Below, in pieces: positions 1-12,233 of a stretch of 64,000 nucleotides of DNA. Under the pieces are notes generated by a model. That model searched no databases, was not told the origin of the DNA, and saw only the letters and a program-made list of their open reading frames with translations. The translations under genes and the position numbers were made by a program. Where the stretch lies: NCBI RefSeq assembly GCF_006345805.1, contig NC_043009.1, positions 40,114,001 to 40,178,000 on the forward strand, read 5' to 3'. The DNA comes from Octopus sinensis. Taxonomy: Eukaryota. Positions within the stretch are counted from its first letter, which is position 1; each line of letters begins with the position of its first letter.

Positions 1-365
1 TGTATACATATATATACTTTACACTTATGCACATACAGAGAGACACACATATAAGGAATATATGTGTGTGTACATATCTATATGTTTATACTGTATATAT
101 GTGTGTATATATATGCATATATATATATGCATATGTGTGTGCATATATATATTCTCATACATATATATATATATATATTCTCATACACACATATCAGCAT
201 AGAAAGACACGTATATATATATATATATATATGCTTAAACATGTACATGTATATGCACACACGTACACACAAACACATATATATTATATTTTTCAGCATA
301 GGAACACACATATATATGTTTTTGTGTGTGTGAGCATGCGTACATGTATGTGTGTGTGTGAATAA
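1..365. repeat. Compound (AT)n/(AC)n/(GT)n low-complexity tract
   Basis: Directly visible degenerate dinucleotide repeats; the overlapping ORFs are Y/I/H/T/C/V-only artefacts. Confidence 0.9.
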
Positions 366-2092
366 GTGCGTGGGCATATATTCATCCGGCTATACGCCAG
401 TTTTTCTGGGGTTTTTTTCTTTTTTGTTTCCTATAGTCTTTAGCCTTCGTACATGTATGTGTATATTCATGTAAGCATGTTCTCGAGATGAAATAGAATT
501 TATATATTCTCCATATCCGAAGTCAATTTTTTTTTTCTGTACACTTGTAAAAAAAAATCAGAAATGAAAACGAAATTATTGCTCTTTTGATGTTACATAG
601 TCTCCTCGTAGCAATAGAAGCTAAATAATTTATCTCTAGGGATATATGTATTTGTGTTGCTGTTTTTTGTTTTTTTTTTTAGCTTACACAACAATTGATC
701 CTTCTTTCATCGGGTTAACGCCAAGCGAACGATGCCAAAGGCCGATCCAAACAGTTCACATGAACCAATGAAACACGCAGTTTTGCTGCATCACTGATCA
801 TCCCTTGGGCGATTATAATAAAAACAAAATGTTTAAACTCACATCTTCCAACGGTCAAAGCAAACATCTCTCTCTCTCTCTTCTCTCTTTGTCTCTCTTC
901 TCTCACGCTTTCAATTTCTCACTCTTTCTCAGTCTCTCGCTCTCTTTCTCTCACTCACTCTTACACTTATCTACTCATCCACTCACTCCGTCGCTCATTT
1001 TCTGTCCCTCTTTTTCTCCCTCTCTCTTCGTGACAATTGCGATCCTGATTATGGGAAAAGTGTAAGGGTTAGAGTATTTCACACTTCAAATAATATTTAC
1101 TGCTATTTTATTTGTTTATTTCTTTCGTTTTTATTTTATTTATCTTACTTTTTAAAGGAGTTCAGTCAATAATAAAAGACAAATGTAAAAAAGATTATGT
1201 ATATAGAAGAATTCTAGTTAAACAGAAAAGCGAAAGCAAGCTGAATGGCTTGAGTTTATTTGTCTATTTATTCATTCATGTTTACCCCCAGAAGATTTGA
1301 AGCTGTTGCAAAAACTTAGTAAAGAATTTAGCTTGATTATATCTGCAGAGCAATACGTTCTTTATTTCTATGGGAAGTGTATGAATTACTCCAGTTCCTA
1401 TCATTGCTAAATTTCACACAGTCTATAATTATCGCTGTTCTGCTCTATATCGTGTTTGTGTTTTCATATTCCACAGTTTCTATTCAACTACGAAATAAAA
1501 AAAAAAAGACTTCAGGACGCTCCCAGTTGGCTACTTCCGTTGAAGTGTCTCGTAATTAATTTTGGAGTTTATTAGGTTCAGTGCATATTATGAATTCACT
1601 TATTCCTTTAAGAATACACTTTTTATTTCTTTTCAGTAAACATTCAAATATTTCTTTTTGCCATTTAACAAGCGACATTTTGATATATTGCCAAGCAATT
1701 TGTATAACTTGTTAACGTACATAGAAACACTACTGGGATTCTTTCATCGTTCAAACGATGAGGCGCTTCATTTGAGCATCCTCCACACGCTATTGTCTTC
1801 ATGGGTATATCTAATGGATATGTTGAGCATTATTTGGTTACTTACAGCAACAAAATTTGTCGACTTGATATCTAGTGTCTCATTAAGTATTCCACAATTA
1901 CTCTATAGTTTTCAGCATTTTTTTTAATTGGAATATTTTCAAAAGTGTTAATCTATAAAAACACGCTCGTCTTAAATTTCCAAGAAATTTAAGTCTGCTT
2001 TGTACTAATAAATTGCCACTAATACGTCTTCATCGTAAATTGGTTGGTAAGTTGAAATTCATTCTCTAAAAGTTTTCCTTTCATATATAAAT

Positions 2093-2152
<60 letters not shown>

Positions 2153-2654
2153 CATATATTGTCTTCATTTTTTTTACTTTTCAGTTTATCCATTATCGAT
2201 ATACAACTTTCATACGGAAGAATAAATATTGGCAGAGTATTTCCTAAAGATAAGAGGTAGTTTTTCAATTTAAAACTTAAGTTTCTTTTATGCTTATTTC
2301 TTAATGTTACTGTTTTTATTTAAGTTTCTCATGAAATTGCTTACTAATGCGAATTGAGGAATTTTAACTTTTACACTTTTCAAAGAACTCATCAAAGTTA
2401 AAGTATAAATATGAAAAACAATTTTTAAAATATTTTTCACTTGTGCTTTCGGGAAAATATTTTGCGTCGCTAAAAGACGCCAGAAAATAAATAAATAAAT
2501 AAATAAGATCTTCTTGTCGCAAACACATGTTTATCAGTGACTGAGGTATGGATATGCATTTAAGCATGTGTATTTAATACAGAAAAAACGATTGCGTGAG
2601 ATATACAATAAATGCATGTATAATTGGTTATTATACACAAACGGTTATATATAC

Positions 2655-2702
2655 TGGAACTCCGTCGGTTATGACTACGAGGATTCCTGTTAATCTGATC
2701 AT
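2655..2702 (-). mobile_element. 3' tail fragment of SINE family C
   Basis: GGAACTCCGTCGGTTATGAC...CTGTTAATCTGATC matches the tail of the 54476-54797 and 30680-30995 copies. Confidence 0.6.
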
Positions 2703-2773
2703 ATATATATATATGGAGCCTTTCTCCTCAGACTGGTGGAATATCTAAGTGAACGAGAGGTACACGCTATATA

Positions 2774-3830
2774 CAGGGGTTGGACAAAATAATGGAAACA
2801 CCTAGCATCATAATTTTGAAATATCTATAAAACCGTCAAAAGCTTGGTTTTTTTATGTTTTCATTTATTATTAGATTAGCTTAATATGCTTTGCTAAAAT
2901 TGTTCGTTATTTTCAGATTTCATCAGAAAAAGGTAATTAAAATTCATTAAAATGACAGATCAATCGGAATTTCAAAGAGGTCAAATTGTTAGTGCTCGTA
3001 TGGCAGGCGCTAGCGTAAGGAAAACAGCCGAAATATCTGGTGCTTCAAGAAGTACTGTCTCAAAAATAATGACAGCTTTTGAGAAAGGGTAAAACCTCTT
3101 CGTCGAAACAAAACTCCGGAAGAACACCAAAACTTTCAGATAGGGACCGTCGGACTCTTACGCGAATTGTTAAAAAGGATCACAAAATACAGCTCCCAAA
3201 ATTATTGCAGAGCTTAATGACCACAAAAACTGTTCGCCAGGAGCTGCACAAAGCTGGATTTCACGGAAGGGCTACAATTAGAAAACCACTACTTTCAAAA
3301 ATAAACGTTGAAAAGCGTTTAGAGTGAAGTAAAAACCTACAGCATTGGTCCATAGAGCAGTGGAAGAATGTTATTTTCTCGGACAAGTCATCCTTTACTT
3401 TATTTCCAGCCATCGGAGACAGCGAAAAGAAGCATTTGACCCAGACTGCCTTCTTCCAACTGTTAAACATGGAGGAGGATCTGTGATGATCGGCGGGGGG
3501 GGGGGCTATCTTGGAAATCCGCCGGCCCAATGGTTTCCCTTCATGGCAGAATTAATATTCAAGACTATTTAAGCATTTTCTCTGATCAAATTCACCCTAT
3601 GGTTGCGGAACTTCTTCCGGAGAGAAATGAGTCTTTCAGGAGATTAATACACCAACTCACACAGCTAGAGTTGTTACTGAATGACACGAGGAACATTCTA
3701 GTGAATTTGAACATCTTATCTGGCCAACACAGGCGCCAGATCTCGATATTATCGAACATTTATGGTGCATTTTAGAAAAACAAATAAGGAGTCGATATCC
3801 CCCATCATTATCACTACAAAACGTGGAGAA
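2774..3830 (+). mobile_element. Tc1-family DNA transposon, decayed and 3'-truncated
   Basis: TA followed by TIR-like CAGGGGTTGGACAAAATAATGGAAACACC at 2774; transposase remnants downstream; right TIR not found. Confidence 0.85.
2952..3810 (+). pseudogene. Tc1 DD34E transposase pseudogene
   Basis: MTDQSEFQRGQIVSARMAGAS (HTH region), SGRTPKLS, KPLLS, WKNVIFSDKSSF (first D motif), TVKHGGGSVM, WPTQAPDLDIIEHLW (E motif); frameshift near 3085, TGA at 3325 and further frameshifts. Confidence 0.9.
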
Positions 3831-3901
3831 TAGAGAAAAATTCCTTTAGACATATAGACGTGTGTATGAACTTTTTTTGTGCGCGTGTGTGTGCGTATAT
3901 A

Positions 3902-4078
3902 TATTTCTTTACTGCCCACAAGGGGGTAAACATAGAGGGGACAAACAAAGACAGACAAAGGGATTGAGTTGATTACATCAACCCCAGTGCGTAACTGGTA
4001 CTTAATTTATCGACCCCGAAAGGATGAAAGGCAAAGTCGACCTCGGCGAAATTTGAACTCAGAACGTAACGACAGACG
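3902..4078 (-). mobile_element. SINE family A (tRNA-derived, Meta-domain-like centre), headless copy
   Basis: Reverse complement of GAGGTCGACTTTGCCTTTCATCCTTTCGGGGTCGATAAATTAAGTACCAG with the ...GTGGGCAGTAAAGAAAT tail. Confidence 0.85.
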
Positions 4079-4375
4079 TGTGCATGTGTGTGGGAGGGAT
4101 TGTAGATATGACGAATGGTGCGGGTGAGAATGTGCATGTTTCAAGTGAGGGTGGATGAGAGTATACTTTTAGGCGCATGTACGTAGGTGTGCGGGCACGC
4201 ATGTGTAGGTACGGACATGCACGCATACGTGAATACTATGAACTTTTCTACCCCCTTACTTTTACTCCCTCCCCTCACTTTGCGGTCATTCAAATAGCTC
4301 TTTTGTTTTAATAACGGTCAATCGCACAGTACTCTCCCTCTGTTTAACGGTCATTTTCATAGCATTTTTTCCGAT

Positions 4376-4447
4376 GGCCGGATAAATGAAGAGATGGTGG
4401 CGTGGATTTCCACCGCGGCATCCGAAACTCGGAGTTTTATCACGGCT
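4376..4447 (+). ncRNA. Type I hammerhead ribozyme motif with C3>A core substitution
   Basis: Stem I GGCCGGATAA/TTATC(A)CGGCT; core ATGAAGA 4386-4392; stem II GATG...CATC; GAAA 4424; stem III ACTC-G-GAGT; GUU site at 4436; 3' end runs into (AT)n. Confidence 0.65.
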
Positions 4448-4473
4448 ACCGAATAATAGTTACATATTACATT

Positions 4474-4511
<38 letters not shown>

Positions 4512-4531
4512 ATATATTATATATATATATA

Positions 4532-4604
4532 TAATTTAATAAGTAAAATATATGCATATATACATACATATATGTACGTACCTACATCTACATGTATATA
4601 TACA

Positions 4605-4656
<52 letters not shown>

Positions 4657-5030
4657 TACAGGACACCACAAATAAACGTAGAACACAACGAGAAACGAAA
4701 ACATAAAAGCAACTAGGAAACGGACTTTTTTAACAACGTAAAAACAGAGTACAAGACAAACAATACAAGGAATATTCCCCTTCATCAGCTGTCCCTGGAT
4801 CGACTCAATGCACCTTCGAAACACGCATTGAGTCGATCCAGGGACAGCTGATGAAGGGGAATATTCCTTGTGTTGTTTGTCTTGTACTCTGTTTTTTCGT
4901 TGTTAAAAAATGTCCGTTTCCTAGTTTGTTATTATGTTTTCGTTTCTCGTTGTGTTCTACATTTATTTGTGGTGTCCTGTACTCACACACACACACACAC
5001 ACATACATACGTATATATATATATATATTA

Positions 5031-5062
<32 letters not shown>

Positions 5063-5138
5063 GCATGTATATATACATGTAGGTGTAGGTACGTACATAT
5101 ATGTATGTATGTATGCATATATTTTATTTATTAAATTA
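4532..5138. repeat. ~600-bp near-perfect palindrome (fold-back element)
   Basis: Arms 4532-4811 and 4825-5138 are reverse complements; 13-nt loop ACCTTCGAAACAC; each arm includes a microsatellite and about 80 bp beyond it. Confidence 0.95.
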
Positions 5139-5218
5139 TTGTATGACTGAGCGCCAACGCGTCGTTTCGTTTCGTTTCTTTCCTTTCTTTTCTCCAAGTA
5201 AGTTTATATATATATATT

Positions 5219-5250
<32 letters not shown>

Positions 5251-6576
5251 TGTATGTATGTATGTATGTATGTATGTATGTATGTATGAATGTACGTGTA
5301 ATGTAGTCGAATATCAAAGTAAAAATGGTTTTGATAATCCAGAAGAAATACTTCATATGTTCTCTGCATATGAAGATCACTAGTTTAACAGATATGTTTT
5401 GTGAAATATTTAGTAATCGGGCTATTCCGAATTCCTCAAGCTGTCACCAGTCAAATTTGTTAAACCGCGGTATGGTTGTCAAGGGAAGTTGTTATATAGG
5501 TACGAAATGATATAGAAAATACACTTAGATAATGGATTTTAGACATTCCCTTTTATTAAAGCTTAAATATATTTCCGATATATCTTGGAGTGGTCTATTT
5601 CCATAATCGAGTGAAGTCCGATACCGTCATCTTCCCCATAGCCACAACACACTGACTGCCAGAAGAAAAGAATTTGACCAAATTTGTACTGTCATCTATT
5701 TTAAGCAGCTATTTGACCAGTGATAGACAAGCTACAGGGAAGGGAAACAGCGATAGCAGTGCGTAGCAGAGAATTGTGAGGCCGACCATGAAAAGAATTG
5801 AAATCTAATACCTTCCTAAATTGTTGAGGTTTGAAGCTGACAACAGGGAAAGTTTCATTGAGAATTACTACTAAGTTTCGAAACATCAGAAGTGGAGAAG
5901 TATCTATATGTTATAACGCAAAAACATAGAATAGAAACTTGTTGAGTTATTTAAACCGGAAGAACAATTCACTATCCACTATATATGAAGATAATCGGCT
6001 TCCAATAAACAATACAGATATACAGAATTCATAGAGAAACCATAATATAATACAAGATAGTAACAGAAGGAAAACTGAAAATAGGGCGAGATTAATACAT
6101 TAAGTAAAGAATAGTTTGAAAATTTAAAAGAATTTATAGTGATGAAATTGTAAGTATAATTAGAAATCAATATTCGAACTAATTAAATATGCTGTTAACA
6201 CTAAAGTATTCTTTGATACCTGCTGCAAATGCTGCTTCTATACCCAGTTGCTTGTATATTACTGGTTAGATACTTACTTAAAATAGAATACCTATCATTT
6301 TCAAATAATATTATTTTGGTAAAATTTTAATTCTTTTTTGTCGCAGTCAATTTATTGTCGCTCAGTGTGAGACTGTTCAGTGTTTTTTTTCTGTCGATCG
6401 AACATGAATGAATTAATTAATCAATACGATTGAACTATCGAATCTGACTGTCTAACATGTATCAGAAATATATGTGAGCCTTAATGAAAATAAATATATA
6501 AAATCCATGGGTATATTTTACATATACGTATGTGTTATATCTATCTATCTATCTATCTATCTCTCCATATATACAC

Positions 6577-6620
<44 letters not shown>

Positions 6621-6796
6621 ATATATATATAATATATATATATATCTATATATATATTATATATATATATATTATATATATATATATATATATTATATTA
6701 TATTAATATATATATAATATTAATAGCGTTCAGTTAATCACTATACGAATCCATCATTTTTTGCTGAATTGTCTTATTGACCAGTTTCGTTTTTTC

Positions 6797-6880
6797 ACTT
6801 TCCTGAAGAGAAGATTGCGGTGTATACAATTTATTCTTCTGAATAGTATCAGTGGAATTTTCGAAACATGTGACGAAAGT
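6797..6880 (+). ncRNA. Decayed hammerhead ribozyme, same family as 24565
   Basis: ACTTTC-CTGAAGA-GAAGAT...ATTTTC-GAAAC-ATGT-GAC-GAAAGT; U16.1 is mutated to A; flanked by (AT)n on both sides. Confidence 0.65.
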
Positions 6881-6929
6881 AAAAATATTTGATTTATCCT
6901 TGCGTTAAACGCCATTTATTTATTCATGT

Positions 6930-6967
<38 letters not shown>

Positions 6968-7416
6968 TATGGATCTAGATTTTTCATTCGCAAAATATGC
7001 ATTTTGGAAAAGACATTAAAAAATCAGAAAATCGGCTATAATAATAAAGTGCTCCAGTCTAATTGCTATTAAGATATGATGTTGTGGAGAAAAAAATTGG
7101 AGGAAAAAGTTACAGAGGTTTAAAAATCGAAAAATTGTGTATTTTTAGCCAATAGCGGGACAGAAATTTTCTGCGTTGAACAGAGCGGATTCAACTTTCA
7201 TGTTGTACCCTGTGAAATTTATAGTTTAGCGTCTGTGAAATGACCACTTTATTGTAGGTTTCTAAATAAGCTGAAATACCTTATTTCATTTAGGTTTCTA
7301 AATAAACAGAAATAACTAATCACATCAGCATGTATCATCTTACTGTTTCTTTTGTCTCTTCATTGATTGTATGTTTTTATTATTTGTTTAAAATTTGTTA
7401 TTATAATATATTTGTC

Positions 7417-7509
7417 TGCCTTCATGCGTTTCGGTTCAAGTACTTAAATCCTATTTATGCAATTAAATTGCATTATGAATTTTAAAAAACGAAAAACTTC
7501 GTCGGGGCA
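7417..7509 (-). ncRNA. Decayed hammerhead-like motif
   Basis: Minus strand TGCC-CCGACGA-...-GAACC-GAAAC-GCAT-GAA-GGCA; stem I is in register but there are two core substitutions. Confidence 0.35.
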
Positions 7510-7689
7510 AAAACTGATTGTTATCAAGGTAAAAAAATTTCACACATCCTAACGGGTGGAGAGTTCATTGCAATTGAACTGTAGCATATTTATCTTGGAT
7601 TCTGTTCTAAAAATAGCTAGTGGCTGACGTTGACTTCACAATTGATATAGAGTTAAACCGGTGTACATTTGTATAAATATCTCTAGGAA

Positions 7690-7908
7690 AGAACAACCTC
7701 TTTCACACAGGTCAGCTACAAGATGCAGGAGGAAAGAGTGAGATAAAGTTGTGGCGAAAGAGTCAGCAAAAGTTCGCCATTAACTTCTGCCGGAGCCGCG
7801 TTGAGCTTAGGTGTTTCGCTCATAAACACATACATCGCCCGGTCTGAGATTCGAACTCGCAATCCTTCGACCGTAGTCCGCTGCTCTAACCACTAGGCCA
7901 TGCGCCTC

Positions 7909-7911
<3 letters not shown>
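7690..7911 (-). mobile_element. SINE family D (tRNA-derived head)
   Basis: Minus strand GTGGAGGCGCATGGCCTAGTGGTTAGAGCAGCGG...GGATTGCGAGTTCGAATC with A and B boxes followed by a non-tRNA body; homologous to 19863-20153. Confidence 0.8.
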
Positions 7912-7950
<39 letters not shown>

Positions 7951-7954
7951 AATG

Positions 7955-8116
7955 TAACAGCCGTGAATATGAGGTAGGAAACTTGTTTCTCAACCGCATC
8001 ATTGTGGGCTCAGTCCCACTGCGTGGAACCTTAAGCAAGTGTTTCTCTACTATAGCCACGTGCTGACCAAACGTTTGTGAGTGGATTTGGTTGACGGAAA
8101 CTGAAAGAAGCCTGGC

Positions 8117-8172
<56 letters not shown>

Positions 8173-8300
8173 GTATATGTGTGTGTGCAAGGGGCTTCCA
8201 CGCTGTTTCGATCAACCAAATTCACTTACAAGGCAATGGTTGGCACACAGCTTTAGTTCAAAACACTTGCTCAATGTTCCACGCATAGATGTGAATTTGA
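7955..8300. mobile_element. Two decayed family-B SINE 5' halves in opposite orientation around a microsatellite
   Basis: GTGAGTGGATTTGGTTGACGGAAACTGAAAGAAGCC on + (7955-8120) and a diverged reverse complement (8181-8300). Confidence 0.6.
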
Positions 8301-8764
8301 AATCACACAGCCTAATGCTGTAGACAATCAATAGCGAGCAATAGATGCAACTATTGCGTATATATTCGAATATTATACAAAAACAGTCACGTGTATATAT
8401 ACACACAATAGACGCATCATTCTTTAGTTGATATTTCTACAGATCTCTTTCTCGATCACTAACGAAGCAACCAGAAAGAATTAGGTGTTATCTTAATGCC
8501 ACATGCAGTAGGTTTAACGGATAACACTATCATAAAGTTAGCGTAATTCAATTACAGCGGCAATAGATAATCTTTCCAATTTGATTCTATTAACACTTCT
8601 AAAATACAGAGATCTATTTGAGAGAAATTCTAATTTTATCATATGCATTAATATTGTCTACTGTGCGGTTGTTAACGTTTGAAAACTATACGGTATTACT
8701 ATTCCATTCCGAAATTTGCAACTGTTATTTTCTTGTCAATAATATAATAATAATAATAATAATA

Positions 8765-8805
<41 letters not shown>

Positions 8806-10327
8806 GTAAATGAATAAATAAATAAAAAGTATAGAAATAGTAATCTTTATATAAAATGTTTCAAAAGTGTGCCAGCAGGGTACCAATTTATATCTTGTGA
8901 TTCGTAATTAGATTTTGAATCGAAGCCATTGAAATGCTAGGATGACTGACTAGTCTTTGTAAGTAACTGTGCAATGATACGAAAATATTGTTGTCAGTTC
9001 GACCTAATTACTCCGGACTTGCATCATTTCGCATCTAAACCGGTAGTGGAGCACTTAGAAGATTGCAAATCACTTCAAAGTTACCATTACATTTTCCTTC
9101 TTTAGCTTTCTTTTCTTATATTAAACATTATTTTCTTTCTTTATTTTTTATTGTATTTATTATTTTTTTTTTTTTTTATTCTGCAAATAGATAGTATTTC
9201 ATTTTAGGTTCTTGGCTGGAAGGTTCTCTAACAAAGAATAGATTGTTTCTAATACGCTGAGTTATCGATTTATTGTGCGTCGTTTAAGCTGAATTTATCC
9301 TCGGTGACTAAAAGGTTATTGAGAGAGCAGCACCTTCAATATATAATCGGGCAGATATTGTTTAATCTTACAGTGATCTATCGCCCCATGACCTACTGCG
9401 CTCTTATTTCAATCAACTCTTAAACTTTACATTAACTATCCTTGATAATACTGATATCGTATTGGCAACTTGCTTGATAGTGTTTAATTATTACTATTTT
9501 CTATTCAGCACAAATTCAATTGTAAATATATTTCTAAGAATGACTAACGAGAGTTAAATCATTGACAAAACCCTTAGTCAGCAACTTGGTGATAAGTGTT
9601 TTCAGTTCCATTGTTGCGAGTCCTGCAGGTCATTACTGGCGCATATGAGCAAAGAAAGCAACGGAACCTGCTCAAACGAAACGTTTAGCCGATGAGTTAT
9701 GCGTTCCTATGCTTTCGAATATCAGTGTAAACGCTTTCAAAAGTATACTTTAATATGACTGCTTAAATTTAAACTTATTACTTAATGCTTACCTTAGCAT
9801 TAACAACAACAATAACTACAACAACACCTTCTACTACTGTATTATTATATAGAATATTTCTTTTATTCATAGTAGCAATGGCGGTTATCTTCCTCATAAA
9901 ATAACCACCATAGGGAAGAAATACCTGAGTCTCAATTAAGAAAGTTAATTGGCTACAGTAAATTGATAATCACAGGTTCATCCAAATTTGTTCATTTTAT
10001 TTATTCTTAATGTCTAATTGGCAATTTATATTGAATAGTTTCTACTTATTTGAACAAATTTAAACTAATCATTGAATAGTTTGTCTTCTTGTTCAACATA
10101 TCTTCTTCATAGCTACACTTATTTTCTTTTTCTTTCTTGTTCCATTCTATCTTCATTCATTCATTCACTCATACATTCACTCCATCATTCATTCAGCCAT
10201 TTATTTATATATTTATTCATCTAATGCTTCGAATTCCAAAACCCAATACCTTATTGTTTTAGCAACATTGTAAACGAAATTCTTAAAAATGAAGCAAAAA
10301 AGATATATATATATATATATATATCTA

Positions 10328-10695
10328 AGGCGCAGGAGTGGCTGTGTGGTAAGTAGCTTGCTTCCCAACCACATGGTTCCGGGTTGATTCCCACTGCGTG
10401 ACACCTTGGGCAAGTGTCTTCTACCATTGCCTCGAGCCGACCAAAGCCTTGTGAGTGGATTTGGTAGACGGAAACTGAAAGAAGCCCGTCGTATATATGT
10501 AAATATATGTATGTGTGTACATATGTTTGTGTGTCTTTGTCCCCCCCCAACTTCGCTTGGCAACCGATGCTGGTGTGTTTGCGTCCCCGTAACTTAGCAG
10601 TTCGGCAAAAGACACCGATAGAATAAGTACTAGGCTTACAAAGAATAAGTCCTGGGGTCGATTTGCTCGACTGAAACAAGTAAAAGAGTAAAAAG
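10328..10695 (+). mobile_element. SINE family B (tRNA-derived, CORE-like, internal (AT)n/(GT)n), near full length
   Basis: AGGCGCAGGAGTGGCTGTGTGGTAAG head, CACCTTGGGCAAGTGTCTT CORE-like segment, internal microsatellite, tail GACTGAAACAAGTAAAAGAGTA. Confidence 0.85.
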
Positions 10696-10898
10696 TATAT
10701 TTGCATATATGCATACGTACCTTAAATATCAGCCTGTCTGTCTTCCTCTGTGTGTGTGTGTGTGTGTGTGTTTGTGTGCGTGTGCATGTGTGCAGAATGT
10801 GTGTGTGAACGGTGTATGGCTCGTAGCAATCAATAGTATCAAGTCTACACTTCTCTCCCTCTTCTCTCTCTCTCTTTTCTTTCTCTCCCCTCTTTTTC

Positions 10899-10933
<35 letters not shown>

Positions 10934-11381
10934 GTACAGGGCATTTCACTTCAAATTTAAGCAAATATGGCTAGGCTATGAGGACAGCAGTTAAAAAAGT
11001 GATAATATATGAAATACGAAGGGGAAGAAAGAAATATTTGTCCTTGACTCTATCGGCAAGTACAGGACACAATTTTGAACATATTTAGATCTTATTGACT
11101 CTTCTCAGTAATGCATACGTTTTATCGTACTTGTTGATGTAGGAAGGAGAGAACCACTAAATGAATATATAGGAGTGTACGTATATTAGCGTAGAGGACT
11201 AGAAACCACCAGAAAATAAATTACTCTACTCACATAAATTTTATTATTTATTTAGTCTTTTCATTTGTTGTCCAAGAGTTTCTATCTGAAATCATGTAGA
11301 AAGGACCGAAATATTATATTTTAGGAGAATTACCGGTTGTAGTTCTCCTCGTTCTTTTGCTTATATTAATTTCTTGCTTAA

Positions 11382-11585
11382 GGCGGCAAGCAGGCAGAAT
11401 CATTAGCACGCCGGGCGTAATTCTTAGTGGCGTTTTGTCCGCCTTTACATTCTGAGTTCAAATTCCGCTGTGGTCGTCTTTGCCTTTCTTCATTTCGCAG
11501 TCGACACAATGAATAACAGTTGAGTACTAGGGTCGATATAATGACTTAGCTGCTCCCCTGAAATTGCTGGCCTTGTGCCAAAAAT
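11382..11585 (+). mobile_element. SINE family A, older subtype
   Basis: GGCGGCAAGCAGGCAGAATCATTAGCACGCCGGGCG head, CTGAGTTCAAATTCC B box, GGCCTTGTGCCAAAA tail. Confidence 0.8.
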
Positions 11586-12190
11586 TGCGTTATCGTCACA
11601 TGAGAGATTTGTTCCATCATGAAGAACTTCATAGCCACATAAGAAGATCTTGAGGCTTTGCAAAGACTATTTGTTCGTTAAAATGAGTTGAGGAAAATAA
11701 GGAGAAGTGAACAGAGTTAGGTAGCGAAAAAACGATATTAAGCTTTTGCGGAATCATCAACGAAGACCTGAGCTCTAATTCACGGAACTGGGAAGTAGGC
11801 TGTGTTGGAGACGCTGGTGATGAGAATGAGAACTGATGGTGTGTCTGGCGGTAATAACGTTTGTTGTTTGCTGCAGGTTGTCATTGTAGCGGTGGTAGCA
11901 CTTATGATAATGGCATTGACGTTTGTTTGTTGATTTGTGGCATAGTTATGTGATTACTTACTGAGTTATATAAGTTACAGCGATCGTCAGGCTAGATCTA
12001 ACGATCGCGCAGACGTAAAATTTCAGAGAAAAACACAAGTTCAGTAAACGATATATATATAGAGCTATGTGTATAGCTCATTTTTGTTTAAGTCATGCAA
12101 ATTACTCGGGCCACAAATGTGTTCTACTCACCTTTTTTTTTTTTGTATAAGTCTAAATCCCTTTCATACCGGATACATGCTGGACAATTA

Positions 12191-12233
12191 TTGTACTGAC
12201 GAAAGCTATTGGATCAGAAACACGTGTCCATGA
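12191..12233 (+). ncRNA. Hammerhead-like motif with degenerate stems I and II
   Basis: CTGACGA 12196-12202, GAAAC-ACGT-GTC with palindromic stem III ACACGTGT and a GUC site; stem II unpaired, stem I mostly wobble pairs. Confidence 0.45.

Noticed and set aside
4814-4859. Possible circularly permuted (type II) hammerhead: CTTC-GAAAC...GTC...CTGATGA-AGGGG
   Set aside because: Stems I and III do not pair and the region would be sequestered in the palindrome; kept only as core fragments.
5400-6300. Possible DNA-transposon or PLE remnant
   Set aside because: No paired termini, TSD or translatable motif could be supported by eye.
11700-11960. Stop-poor, GC-richer stretch as a possible exon
   Set aside because: Composition fits a decayed (AAC/ACC)n repeat; there are no convincing splice sites or protein motif.
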